A stretch of DNA of 64,000 nucleotides, taken from Ruditapes philippinarum (lineage: Eukaryota). How positions within the stretch are numbered: position 1 is the stretch's first letter; the number at the start of each line of letters is the position of its first letter. This document shows, piece after piece, positions 12,001-24,768 of the stretch. A program made the position numbers and the translations under genes. The notes beneath the pieces were generated by a model. It saw nothing but the letters and a program-made list of their open reading frames with translations. It was not told the origin of the DNA and searched no databases. The stretch lies in contig NW_026856986.1 of the NCBI RefSeq assembly GCF_026571515.1, forward strand, positions 310,001 through 374,000, read 5' to 3'.

Positions 12001-14411
12001 CTTCATTGCTGTGGTAGCTAGCACTCTTGAAGTTGTTAATTCAGGTGTTGCCATCTTAGTAGTTGGCGTTGTTGTTTCTTTCAATGTAGTTTGTTCAGTC
12101 GTTGGTACAGGGGTGCTTGTTGTTGGTTTGACCGTGGTTGTTGAAGTTGTGGTTGTAGGTCGCGTTGTTACAGTAGTTGTTGGTCGCGTTGTTACAGTAG
12201 TTGTTGTTGTTGTTTTTGGTGGTGGTGGTGTTTGTTTAATGGTAGTAGTTTGTACCGGAACTGAAAGCATGTTAATGTAATTTAACGTTTACTGTTATAA
12301 CAAACGTGATGTTGCTTCTTATTGTTGTTCTTTTTCTCTCACTATTTGCACTGTTTCTCCTTTGCAACAACAACTGTTATATTTTGTCATAGTGTGACTT
12401 ACACCAATCGTTGCACAGATAATGTACTTAGAAAGATGATTAATACTTCCTTTAGCTCACGTGTTATGTTTTGGATTGTAGATTTAAAAAAATAAAAAAA
12501 GTATTAACGTGTACAAGTTTTAATTTTGGTTCCTTTCTACGCGTATGATTTGTAGAATACAAATGTATAGGCCTTGGTAAACCATCACACACAGCCCTTA
12601 TTATACACCAATATTATAAAATCTAACCCTTATTTGTATAAAGCGTGTTTTCTCTGCTTGTGTACATACTTGTAATAAGCTATCTCATAAAATCATATGT
12701 AAGGTTATATTTTAGTTATTATGATCTTTGACATAGTTTATGGCGTTTTAAGCAAATATAAACCAATCAGTTAAGCAACCGTTTGTTCACAACCCTATGA
12801 CCTGTCAAAGTCTTTATCACCGCTTGTTTTATTTCTAAGGGTCTATATTTCAAGAGGCTAATATTAAAAGCCTTTAACTTCAAAACTCTTGTCTTTACCG
12901 CATTGGTTTTGAACCCCGCCATGGCCTTCGGAAAAAATGTAGGAGCCGTGTTTAGAAGAACTATAAACGTAAGGATAATCGAATGAAAATCAATGTTGTA
13001 AATATGCAATAATATAGTTATTTTTAATATCATACGGAATGAGAAAAAATGACAACGTACGTTTGTCTTCATCAGGAACGCTTCCTTGGCATGTTTGTAT
13101 TTGCAGATCAGCGTTATTCTTTACAAATCCGAGCTGAAATTTATCAATACTCACACCATAGTGATCCATTTGATGTTAGCATCACAAACTAAATGTTTTT
13201 AATTTGATATTAGAATGAATAAATGAATGAATGAATGAATGAATGAATAATTGTATAAATGAATATTCTTTGTGTGGAATATATTTTCACTTATTATTAT
13301 TGATCATCATCATGTTATACGAGTACATGCTTAAATAATTGTATTATTGGTTGCTGGTCGCGTAGATGAAAGATCATTTCCGTTGACATATATTTTCCGT
13401 TAAATGAAAACCCCTGGCTATACAGCATTGGTTTCGAACCCCGCCATTCGTTTCATTCATAAACTGGTTATTTTCCTTGAATGATCATTTCCTTTGACAG
13501 ATCATTTACTTTGCGTAGATCAATTAACTTGACCGATCATTTCCCTTTGGCAGATCATTTCCCAACACTGAACATTTCCCCTTGAAAGATCATTTCCCTT
13601 GTTTGAACATTTCCCCTTGAAAGATCATTTCCCTTGTTTGAACATTTCCCCTTGAAAGATCATTTCCCTTGTTTGAACATCTCCCCTTGAAAGATCATTT
13701 CCCTTGTTTGAACATTTCCCCTTGAAAGATCATTTCCCTTGTTTGAACATTTCCCCTTGACGGACCATTTCCCTTGTTATAAACAAACTAAACTGAAGAA
13801 TAATTTATCTTACCTTGTGCTCGAAGGCAACCGTAAACCATTCATCATCAGACTGTCCGACATCAGGTTTACAGTCGAATTCGTACAGATAGCCTAAAAC
13901 GTCGCCCTGCTCGGAAGGCTTGAATAAAATTTACAAACTATAACCAATGTAATTTTCATAACGAGTTGTTATTCGGTTATCTTCATATTGTGTTCTTATG
14001 TTATGTTTTTAAAAGTATTAAAAGACGATTTTCTTTTGAAAAGAATCTGCCACGTTTTTGTTACAAAGATAACTTGTTTTACAATATTAGACGACATCAA
14101 ATATCTTATTCGTACATGATGATTGATATCAATGCAAATATTTATACTGGTACAGTTTTGTGTTTTAGAGCAGTGTATGGAAATTATTTTCGCAGATTTT
14201 ATGATTTATAATATTATTTTTCTATAAAGAACAAATACTGTTTTTTTTTTTACCGTCGAGTATTTAAATTATGACATATAAAATATCATGAATACTACTC
14301 ACTTACCGTAGCGTAGACGTTTGTTTCCACGCTGTAACTGCACACGCATTTATAATCAGAGCGAACATTTCCAAATACCGTAAACAAAATTGTCACAAGC
14401 AGCCAAAACAT
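6011..14411 (-). CDS. Gene B: secreted SH3b-like domain + mucin stalk + tandem C-type lectin domain protein
   Basis: Exons 14307-14411 (MFWLLVTILFTVFGNVRSDYKCVCSYSVETNVYAT), 13814-13918 (PSEQGDVLGYLYEFDCKPDVGQSDDEWFTVAFEHK), 13061-13133 (LGFVKNNADLQIQTCQGSVPDEDK), 11907-12260 (Thr-rich), 10771-11049 + 9867-10043 (CTLD1), micro-exons 8628-8648 and 8233-8259, ~7529-7815 + 6604-6795 (CTLD2; the 3' end of the first exon is garbled, probably consensus error), 6011-6042 (NTVSGPSFIG*). Confidence 0.85.
7045..7250 (+). mobile_element. Degenerate copy of the tRNA-derived SINE family
   Basis: aagctatccagctagctt..ggggcaccggaggtcttcc..aagctagaaa..atatgacc matches the body of the full copy at 40848-41118. 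Confidence 0.6.
8683..9000. repeat. Degenerate ~28-bp minisatellite in a gene B intron
   Basis: Recurring aagtgaagt(a/t)taacattgacttcatat units, roughly 10 diverged copies. Confidence 0.7.
13215..13250. repeat. (GAAT)n microsatellite
   Basis: gaatgaataaatgaatgaatgaatgaatgaatgaat. Confidence 0.85.
13470..13778. repeat. 35-bp minisatellite built from two related 17/18-bp subunits
   Basis: About 6 near-perfect copies of gaacatttccccttgaaagatcatttcccttgttt (13571-13778), preceded by diverged gatcatttcc(c)ttga monomers. Confidence 0.9.
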
Positions 14412-15093
14412 TTTGCCTGAATTACATATTTTATAGACAGTTCATAATACAGATGACGTTTTAAGATTTATCTTTAATACTTTGACAGTATTTCAGATTG
14501 TCTTCTAATTACCACTAGTGATTCGAATCATTATGATGACCAATGACCATATTGATAAAAAAAGTGATTCAACAATGGTATTTAACTGTATTCCTCAGAG
14601 TTTCATGCCGTAACAGTAACCCCATTCAATAGTGTCTTGAATCATTACCATATGTATAAGAAATTCAAATTATTACAATAGCGCTTTTTACTTAACAAAT
14701 AGAGCAACTTTTTAAGTCTTGACCATGAATATGTATGTTTATGATTTAAGCCGCAAATGGTAGAACTTGCAATATTTGTTTTAAAAAGTAAGTTATAAAT
14801 CTTTCTTAGGCATCCACAAAATTATTGTGCAACGATTAAACGTACTTATACGTATAGAAGCAGAGTATTTTGTTCCGAAACATGTTATGCTGTTTACGTA
14901 CCAATATTCATGTGTGTTACACAACACATAGATTCTATGTCACAACTGTTTTAGAATCTCACATACGATTCATACATTATTTTTACTGTTCAAAACTTTT
15001 ATAAATTAAGAATATTTCACATGACATAGCTTTATGCCCTTTAAGTACAACGCAAAAGTTGTTATAAACATGACCACTTTTATACATGCTATA

Positions 15094-16345
15094 ATGTTCG
15101 TGAAGTTGGCAGCCTAGCAGCCTGAAGTTGACAGCCTAGCAGCCTGAAGTTAGCAGCTTAGCAGCCTGGCAACCTAACAGCCTAAAGAAAACTAAGGATA
15201 GTACAAACATGAAAACCGTCGGAAATACATCAGTAGCACTTCCTTAGATCATTCCACGCCTTTTTTCAATATCGTGATCTTTATTTTATTTAAATATTGA
15301 ACTTTATTTATTGTTTATTTTTTTTATTTTGACGTTTCGAAATTTGTGAAGTTAGCAGCCTGGCAGCCTAGCAGCTTGAAGTTGACAGCCTAGCAGATCT
15401 TTATTTTTTTTAAATATTGAACTTTGTTCTTTTTTTTTATTTTGTCGCTTCGAAATTTGTGAAGTTAGCAGCCTTGCAGCCTAGCAGTCTGGCAGTCTAG
15501 CAGCCTGGCAGCCTAAAGTTGGCAGCCTAGCAGCCTAAAGAAAACTAAGGATAATACAAACATGAAAACAGTCAAAAAAATGAATCGGTAGCACATACTT
15601 AGACCATTCCACGTCTTATTTCAGTTTTTTTTTAATCTGTTTTTTTTTTTAATAAAGATTTCGATATTTGAATAAGACGTGGAATTGTCTAAGTATGTGC
15701 TACCGATTCATTTCCGACGGTTTTCATGTTTGTATTATTCTTAGTTTTCTTTAGGCTGCTAGGCTGCCAGGCTGCTAGGCTGCTAGACTGCAAGGCTGCT
15801 AGGCTGCCAGGCTGCTAGGTTGTCAGACTGCTAGGCTGCCAGGCTGCTGACCTCACAAATTTCGAACGTCAAAATAAAAAAAACTAAGTTCAATATTTTA
15901 AAAAATAAAGATCGCGATACTGAAATAAGACGTGGAATGGTCTAGGTATGTGCTACCGATTCATTTCCGACGGTTTTCATGTTTGTATTATCCTTGGTTT
16001 TCTTTAGGCTGCTAGGCTGTTAGGCTGCTAACTTCACAAATTTCAAAACGTCAAAATGAAAACAAAAAGTTCAATATTTTAAAAAACTAGAGATCACGAT
16101 ATTTAAAAAAGGCGTGCAATGATCTAAGGAAGTGCTACTGATGTATTTCCGACGGTTTTCAGGTTTTTACTATCCTTAGTTTTCTTAAGGCTGTTAGGCT
16201 GCCAGGTTGCTAGGCTGCCAACTTCAGGCTGCCAGGCTGTTAGGCTGCCAACGTCAGGATGCAAGGCTGCCAACTTCAGGCTGCTAGGCTGCCAGGCTGC
16301 TAGGCTGCCAGCTTCAGGCTGCTAGGCTGCCAACTTCACGAACAT
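15094..16345. mobile_element. Foldback-like element: ~1.25-kb modular inverted repeat with 9-bp gcagcct(a/g)g subrepeats
   Basis: Left end atgttcgtgaagttggcagcctagcagcctgaag is mirrored by the right end cttcaggctgctaggctgccaacttcacgaacat; the internal module (aagaaaactaaggat..acaaacatgaaaaccgtcggaaat..ccattccacg) occurs twice forward and three times reversed. Confidence 0.8.
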
Positions 16346-18351
16346 CATGCTGAAGCCAGTTTCTTTACAATACATTTTGTATTAAATGTTATAACATGAT
16401 AAAAAGCCTACCTGTGTTCAATTAATCAATAGCATATATTTATATTTCTTTTGCTAAATTAGTACATTCTTTTGTCTATATTAAGCAAAATAAAGTTCAA
16501 AGATAAGAACGAATGATAAAGTACAGTCATGTATAGAGAAGGTGATAGTTTAAAGCTTTGTTGTTCATTTCAAACTATTATCATGATCTTAACAATTTAA
16601 AGATTTTAAGTTTGAAAGTCTAAGTCATCCGAGCCTACAGGACTTACAATTTTGCCTCTCGGCGACCTTTTAATGTCCAGACTTATCTATGTATTTATTA
16701 GGACACCGTAACTCAGTATTTCCTTATAAAGAAATAATCCGAAGTTATGCTTTTTTTGCGGCAATAGTGCACGAGTTTGTTTTTTTTTGTTTTTAGTAAT
16801 AAGTTTATTTGTCAAGCAGTTTAGATGTGGAATTTTCGAAAATATTGAAATATTTTCGACTATATAATACAGAAAGTTTTGTATATGTTTCTTAATGTTG
16901 TCTTCGTTTTCAGGGTTATATACAGTCCGGAGCAAAAGTATAAATGTGTCTTAATAAGCGAAATAAATATAATCCATGGACTTTTAAAAATCGATAAGGC
17001 ATATTCATTTGATTCTGTTTTTATTCCAGGTTTATTATCACTCTGTTTGCATATATGTACATGAAATGAGTTTTTTTCAGGGAGATATGATCTGTGCCTT
17101 TTCCGCATTTATAATTTTCAATATCCGTTTCCTTTTTCAATTATGACTTAAAAGTTTAGACCGTTAAATTCGGATTTTATATCAGAAGGGTTTGAAGGAG
17201 CCGCTGGTATTGAGCCTGGATTCATCCTTTTAAATACTTCCCACGCCCACATCGGAGAAGGGTTGGGTATCCCGCTCGCAGCAACCCGACTTTTAATTTT
17301 TTTTTTTCAAAAAACGTCATTTTTTTCAAAACTCCTTTATACATTTATATTGGAATGTCATTTTTCATTTCTTTTACACGAAGTATTTGGCCTTTATTAA
17401 CAGATAAATTTCTTAGAAAGTTTATTGCTGTAAGTCACGTGGAAGCTTTTGGATTCTTTTGTCATTACACAAACTGATATGTAGCTTTATATTCAGAATT
17501 TTGACTTTGTTGGTTGGGAAAACACCCGGTTAGTGAAGACGGTTTACAAATACCCCTCTAGCCTTTTTTTAACTCTATGTTATGTTGTTTTATTATTTAT
17601 AAGGTGCATTATTAAAGAATGTAAATGATTTATGCTCGTTTTTGAGTGTAACGAATTAGAGCATTAGTTTTAATTCCTTTTGAGAGATAAAATTCATTGG
17701 CGTTCCTATGAAATTCATTTTGTTCTTATTAGGTGACCGCCATGGCGTAACTTGTTTCATTTATTTGTGTTGGATCAAATTGTGACGAGCTGTCGTTCAT
17801 TCGATTAAAGTCACAATCGCTTTGTTACAAGATCACCGGACACAGTGATACAAAAAATAGAAGACAGAAGCCTTAGGAAGGGTGTATATTAGTTTTCTAG
17901 AGTTTGAATATACAACCGCGGCTTTAAGTCACAGGGGCTCCATATTTTACCCGACGCAAATACATCATTTTTATATTATTGTATGTGAGTTAGACATTAT
18001 TTTCTTTTTGACAATACCAAAATTAATGCAAATAAAAGAAAGAATGTACAATTAATGAGTTATCACTGTGTCCCGTCACGTGGTTTATTGCGCCATGTTG
18101 TTGCTGTCCACGCTTACAAAAACGTAAATAAAGCGACACATTTAAACGAAGGTCACATTTTTCTTTCAGAACCATTCACGTTAAAAATGCAAATACTTGT
18201 TCTATTTTTCCCTAATAGATTCTAATCAGAAACTGTTGTATTATTTTTTTATCTTAGTAGGCATTCATTTGCAAACCGAACAATTTGATTGACATTTGAT
18301 AGTATACGAGTGATAATATTCATATATTAAAATCTATTGTAGTATGCGTCA

Positions 18352-18480
18352 ATGTGTTTGTTTGTTTGTTTGATTGGACTTTAAGCCACACCGACATTGC
18401 AGCTTTACGCTTTATTTGTGGTGAATGATTTCAGGTACCACTCGTACGAACGGGCACCCGAGTGAAACAATCGATATTCT
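18352..18480 (-). mobile_element. Degenerate 3' fragment of the SINE family
   Basis: (tttg)n tail followed by acaccgaca..cagcttta..tttcaggtac..acgaacgggcacccgagt, homologous to 40848-40985. Confidence 0.55.
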
Positions 18481-18745
18481 TACAGCAGGATATGCATTAA
18501 CTATCCAGTTATTGACTTAATTTGTGAACGTAACTTAAGACTGTGGTTAGCCTTTTAGCAAAGATAAATGATGATAATTAGATAATTGGATTAACATTAT
18601 TGAAATCTTTAAACCGTAACCTCAGTGCCTTGGAACTTTATACAACTTTAAGAATATAATACGTGGTATGAAATCTAAACATGGGTCGTACCGGGGTTCG
18701 AATAACAAATGTATATTTTTTTTCAAAGCGTGCAATATATCAATT

Positions 18746-19078
18746 TTAACCCTTTCGCTGCCAAAGGGTTATTGTTTTATTGATCATCTATTTGCCAGAG
18801 GCTTTTCTAAGAAATTACTATATTATTAATTAATATAATTATTATTATTTGTTATTAGTATTATAATAATTATATATGTTTCCAAATCTGTTAGTATAAT
18901 AATAATTATTGTTGATGGTATAATTTTATTTATATTTATTATTATTTTTATTATTATAAATATTTATTTATTATTATTACTATTATTATTATAGAAACTG
19001 CTAAAGCCGTCCATATGGCAAATACGCCGAAAATAACAGGGACGGCATAAGCCGTCCCTATGGCAGTGAAAGGGTTAA
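18746..19078. mobile_element. piggyBac-like MITE (TTAA target, CCCTT termini, AT-rich interior)
   Basis: ttaa|ccctttcgctgcca ... tggcagtgaaaggg|ttaa; second copy at 51782-52151. Confidence 0.75.
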
Positions 19079-19970
19079 AGGCAGATTTTGTAGTTCAATA
19101 TGATAATCTATACCAATATAAAGGTCGATCCATCGCTAGAATATAATTCATATACACGATTAGATATGCTTGATACTTTATTAGTGTCTTCATTAGTGTC
19201 AGTCTTTATGAATAAAATATTTCTAATATGAAAGATCAAGATAGAGAAAAGAAACACACAAAGGATTAGTAACGTCATCACTCCATACAACACTTCATTA
19301 TTGCAATCGTATTCAGCCAATAAGTAATGATCCAGTTGAAATACCTATTATAGGAAATTAAAACAAATCAAAAGTGATTATCGGTTTCATAATAATAAGA
19401 TGTTGCGAAAAGACTGCTCATCAATAATCAATAATTAGAAATGTCAACACTTAAGTACAAGGTATAATCCTTAGGGACTGTTAGTTTAATGTAAAGTTTT
19501 AACTAAAAGTATTAAACGTTTAATTCAAACCTCTATAATTATTTCGTAAGTAAAATGTTACAAATGATGGTAATCTTGACGGAAACCTTTATTATAAATT
19601 TATTAATTAGATGAAATTGTATATAGGTATACTATTCATTTGTTAACAGATTATTTCTAAACATAGTCTACTTACTATATTCACATAATAGGGTGTGTTT
19701 CACCGGAGGAAGAGGTGCCGCCAAATAAGGTGTGGTGTACATGTCCACATGGCATATCATCCCATTGGCCATGTTTATACGGTATCATTACCACGCAATT
19801 TTCTTGTCTAGGCTTTTCATGGTTCGCAATATGTCCCGGAATCCAATTTGTATAGTGTACAGCCGCACCTAGAAAACAGTTTTAAGTAAACAGTAATGTG
19901 AAGCAAAATATTTGTCATTTCATTACAATTGTCTGGTCGTTCCTTATAAACCGATGATGGAACTTTATAC

Positions 19971-20213
19971 ATTTGAGCCGCGTCACGACAAAACCAACAT
20001 AGTGCGTTTGCGACAAGCATGGATCCAGACCAGCCTGCGCATCCGCGCAGTCTGATCAGGATCCATACTGTTCGCTATCAGTTTCTCTACTTGTAATATA
20101 GTTGGTAAGCGAACAGCATGGATCCTGATCAGACTGCGCGGATGCGCAGGCTGGTCTGGATCCATGCTGGTCGCAAACGCACTATGTTTGTTTTGTCGTG
20201 ACGCGGCTCATTT
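19971..20213. mobile_element. Palindromic ~240-bp MITE, copy 1
   Basis: ~100-bp TIRs tgagccgcgtcacgacaaaaccaacatagtgcgtttgcgac..ggatccagaccagcctgcgcatccgcgcagtctgatcaggatcca. Confidence 0.9.
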
Positions 20214-20739
20214 CGATTCCTCTCCTGGAGTCTTATTCTGCGGTATTCGCATATTCATGTCTTTTTTATTGTCTTTTATATTGACATCAAAGGCTCTGTC
20301 ACAATGTCTGCAATTTATGTACTTCATTGATATTTAGGGATGATCTCCCCTCTTTTAAAAATGTACAAAAAGGCCAAAACATACTTAATATTCCAACCTG
20401 AAGCCCAGTGAAAATGTCCCTCTGTTTTTTGGTCTGTGAGACCAATCCAAACAGCATGATCAGGGAAATGACTCTTCATAAAGCGTTTGATAAAATTCTG
20501 TTCTTGTGAACTAGTTATAAAAACAAGATATCCACCTCTAGAAGAACATATTTGTTCAGCATGTTGCCAGGAAACTTTTTCATTTGGAACCAGTTCGTAA
20601 CAACTTTGATCATGCTGTGCAAGTGTTCCGTGGTCTCTTTGTGCTTGCAGTTGAAGTCTGTGTGGACACATGCTAATGTTTCCTAAAATTATCTTTTTGT
20701 TTACTGAGACTGAACGTTTCAACGTATGAAGCAAAGACA

Positions 20740-20982
20740 ATTTGAGCCGCGTCACGACAAAACCAACATAGTGGGTTTGCGACCAGCATGGATCCATACC
20801 AGCCTGCGCATCCGCACAGTCTGATCAGGATCCATGCTGTTCGCTTACAAACCCTATAACAAGTAGAGAAACTGATAGCGAACAGCATGGATCCTGATCA
20901 GACTGCGCGGATGCGCAAGCTGGTCTGGATCCATGCTGGTCGCAAACGCATTATGTTGGTTTTGTCGTGGCACGGCTCATTT
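20740..20982. mobile_element. Palindromic ~240-bp MITE, copy 2
   Basis: Same TIR structure as the copy at 19971-20213 and highly similar to it. Confidence 0.9.
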
Positions 20983-23900
20983 CAAAGGTAATTCAAAGAT
21001 TCAATTTGATTGGTCAACAATGGGCATATTTCTATAACTATTAAAATTGATAAAAACAACAGAAATAAATTATTTGGATATACTTATGAAATATTGCTTG
21101 AAAAAAATGTTGTTCAATTTCAAAGTGATATAAAACTGAAAACTTTATAGGATCAATAATAATATTTTGTTCTAGAACATTTTATTACCTGCCAAGTAAC
21201 TATATGTTTTATCGGATCATGAACTTGTACAGAGCATGCATATATAATTCTTCTGTGGTTTGTTTTTTTGTTTGTTGTTATGTCTGATTCAAATCATATC
21301 GAAGCAATTATGCTAACCTGTCATTATATATCAAGTCACTTTGATGCTCCGTTTATCAAATATGCAAATGTTGCTCAAAACAGTTCATTTTTGTTATAAC
21401 TATATTAATGCAATACTAACGTTTGGATCAGTTTGAATAATATCGGTAGCAGCTATACTTCTACAATCAATGATTCCAAGACAACGCCTTTGTTGCTACA
21501 TGTACGTGAATAAAACATGTTTTTGTAACTCCGATATAAACTTACAATTTTAAGTGAATTAAATCAGATTTTTGACTAAAATCAGACAAAAACGGTTTTG
21601 TTTACTCACCATACATGCTTGTGTTTGGTGGAATGACAGCGGCTAAAAAAAGAGAGGAAATAACGGTGAACTTGTGTTACAAAACAGGCACTTTAAAACT
21701 AATTTAAATTGAATCGTTACGATAGGGAACCAATATTTGTTAATTGATAACGTTATTTATCAAAGAAACCAATTTTGTAATAATCAATATGTTAAAAGAT
21801 GATATGACAGGACAGCAAAGTTGGTATTACATAAGACCTTACTGCCAGCGTCTTGAAATATTGATATACAACTAGTTTACGAAACGTCAGTGGTTCTAAA
21901 CATGTGCCTGTGTTTGCTTGAAATAATACAAAAAGGGGCACCTGAGGTTTTTTCTCTATCAGTAAAGATGGAATGTCGCCATAAGACCCATACTGTGATG
22001 GTTCGATTAAAATCAAAGCAAAAGAAAGAAAGCAAGACAAAAGAAAGAAAAGAAGAAAGAAAGAAAGAAATGCAAATTCAATGCAAAGACATTATACAGG
22101 AAATCTAAAACTTTATGACGATAAAACATGAAAGAACAATACCATATTGACATATGAATGCATGACGAATTCCCTTTATAGACTCCGATATAGCGTTATC
22201 ACCACCGCATTCTACATTGTCCCATTTCCCTGTAGTTGATGACATAACTACACAGTCCTCGACATTGTGATGCAGATTATCTTTTCTCCCATGCTTAAAG
22301 GTCTTGTATTTTACAGTATTACCGAAAAGAACATAACATAAATATGTCGCTACATTACATATTGATACGCAATCGTATCTCCTTCTTTTCTTGACATGTA
22401 CGTTTTCACTTCCTCTACCATATAAGTATTATTTCAAACTGAACATTAATGGAATCATAGTAAATATAAAATTTGACAGTATTTTATGTTTGTGCCGGTG
22501 TTTGAACATCTTTAGTTTATACATTGTTGTGTACTTTTTTATTCTAATTTGATTGTGTTCGAAGCTATAAATATTCTCGAATCCGTTCCTGAAATCAACC
22601 AGTTCTATACAATGAATGTAAAATTTATTGCTCAGGGAAACAACTGCTTGCCACTGACGGATATTGAACCAACATGGCCAGCAATCCTTAGATTACTAGT
22701 TTCACACTAGTTGTAGTTAATTAATTACCCGGGAACGCCGTCACTCCAAAGAATTTTATGAAAGTGATACTTAAGAGAAGTCCAAATGTTACCCGACGTC
22801 CATTCAAATTGCTCTTCATGGTGTCTGTCATTCAAACCCAACCATACTGTGTGCGTGTGATGCTTTACTAGGTAATCAAAAATAAAGTCCTGTTCTTGTT
22901 GGTTTGCTATGTGTAACAAGTGTCCACCGTGACCTTTACAAATTGCCTCCGCGTGTGACCATGATACTCCTGAGTTAACAATTTCATAGCAATTTTGTCC
23001 AAACTGTGCTAAGTGTTCACCCCCTTGATCCAGCAGCCAGCTGTTGTATTCTTTCCGGGCATAATTTTACATTACCTTTATAGAAGTACACAATATGAAT
23101 AACAAAATATAAAATGAAAATATTAGTTGGCATTTCATTCGGGTTTTTCTCTGCATGCCTGATAATATATCGCATAAAATCCAAAATAAATAAATAAATT
23201 TAATTCAATGATATAGAGACAAATATGTTTCTCGTATCAATGCATATGATCAGTAGAAGCAAATTTAATATTAAAGCTAACAAAGCTTAAGCTCTACGTT
23301 TTTATGCAGTCGAAATGGCAGTAGAATATCAAGAATCCAAGCCGAATTGTTTTACAGAAATGTTGGATATGAGTGATTTTCGAAATTTGCTAAAGAAAAC
23401 AATGCTTTTTAGCTTATTTCATGGGAAACTATTTTCATCATTATTATATATACAATAAATTTGATGATTTAAAAGATGTATAATGATTTATAAGGCCAAT
23501 GAAAAATGAAGGACACCTTTCATACTGTCCATTGTGGTAGTTCTTGTCGGTCTGGTACTTGTTTGTGAAACGACTGTAGTTGTTCTTGTGGACACAGCTG
23601 AAATGGATGAACCTTAAGTTAGTGAAGATGAAGATTTATCCGACATCGGACCTTATAAAGAAGTGATATCTTGTGGAAAGAGGGACCTGGCTATTTTTTC
23701 GATTACTTTAAACATTTAAGATATACCTTTATTACTGAAACTTTGACGCCTGTTCAAGCAATATCTTTAGAAGCATGAAACCACCTCCGGCTTTTACATG
23801 TATGATGGATGAATATTAACTATGGATATGCACACTATTTCGTACATCAGTAAAGTTTGTAACGGAAGACACACAAATAAAGATTTCTGAAAATCCTTCT

Positions 23901-24231
23901 GTTTTTTTACCAAGGTAATGGCTATGAGTCTATGGTTTTTGTTTACTTCACAATTTAAAAAATATTTTTGAGATACCCATTTTGAGATGCATCATTAAAT
24001 CTATTCAAACCAGGCATGTCAAAGTATATTGAAAACTTATACTCGGTCTGCAGCACAGGACTTTAAGTAAATACCTATCGATTAATGACATAGCATTCGA
24101 CAATTGTTACAACAATATTCTGTTGATTTAGCTACTTTTATTACATAATATGAAACTGGAAAATGCACATTTTATTGTACAAAGATCACAATATATTTTG
24201 TGTTATTTCGGGAATAATATTTAAATGATAA

Positions 24232-24768
24232 CAAGTTGAACAAAGCAGTCTGAAAGACAGCTAAATTCTCTTCCTCAGCAAACATGAATGTGTACTTTTT
24301 GACCTTTAACAGACCATGGCCTTGATGCAGTGTCATGTATATTATAGCATATTAGTCTCATGATAGAAATCATTTGTACCAAGGTATTTATTTAAAATCT
24401 TCCATAAAGTTAAAAAGTTATGGAGAACATTTAACCTTGACCTTTGGGGTAGCAACCTGGATGTTGAGTTCTGCAAATCATGTCATAATGGTGATCATTT
24501 CTGTCAAGTTATTTCATTTTTTTCAGCGGTTTAACAGTTGTGGAGCAGACACGAAATGTAGACTGTTTAACACTTTAAGTGTGACCTTGATCTTGGGGTA
24601 GCAATTCAAATTTGCACTCTGCACATTGTCTTATAATTGTGATTACTTATGCCAAGTCATATCAAAAAAAAAAAAAAAATAGCGGTCAGAAAGTTATGGA
24701 GCGGACTGACAAACGGAGGCCATTCTTATAATCCGTACATGTCCGCTATGCGAAAGGGGATTAACAAA
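24232..24768 (+). mobile_element. Probable non-autonomous Helitron/Helentron-like (HINE/pearl-type) element
   Basis: Begins aacaaagcagtctgaaagacagc, contains tgacctt/accttgacc repeat units, then gttatggagcggac, a ggactgacaaacgga microsatellite remnant and a terminal ggggattaa. Confidence 0.55.

Noticed and set aside
13571-13778. Regular 35-bp repeats superficially like a CRISPR array
   Set aside because: Head-to-tail copies with no unique spacers, no cas genes, and a eukaryotic intron context.
19108-19320. ORF with a hydrophobic stretch that could be a transmembrane tail for gene C
   Set aside because: It overlaps and follows the conserved IG-stop in another frame (3' UTR) and is not conserved as an ORF in paralogues.
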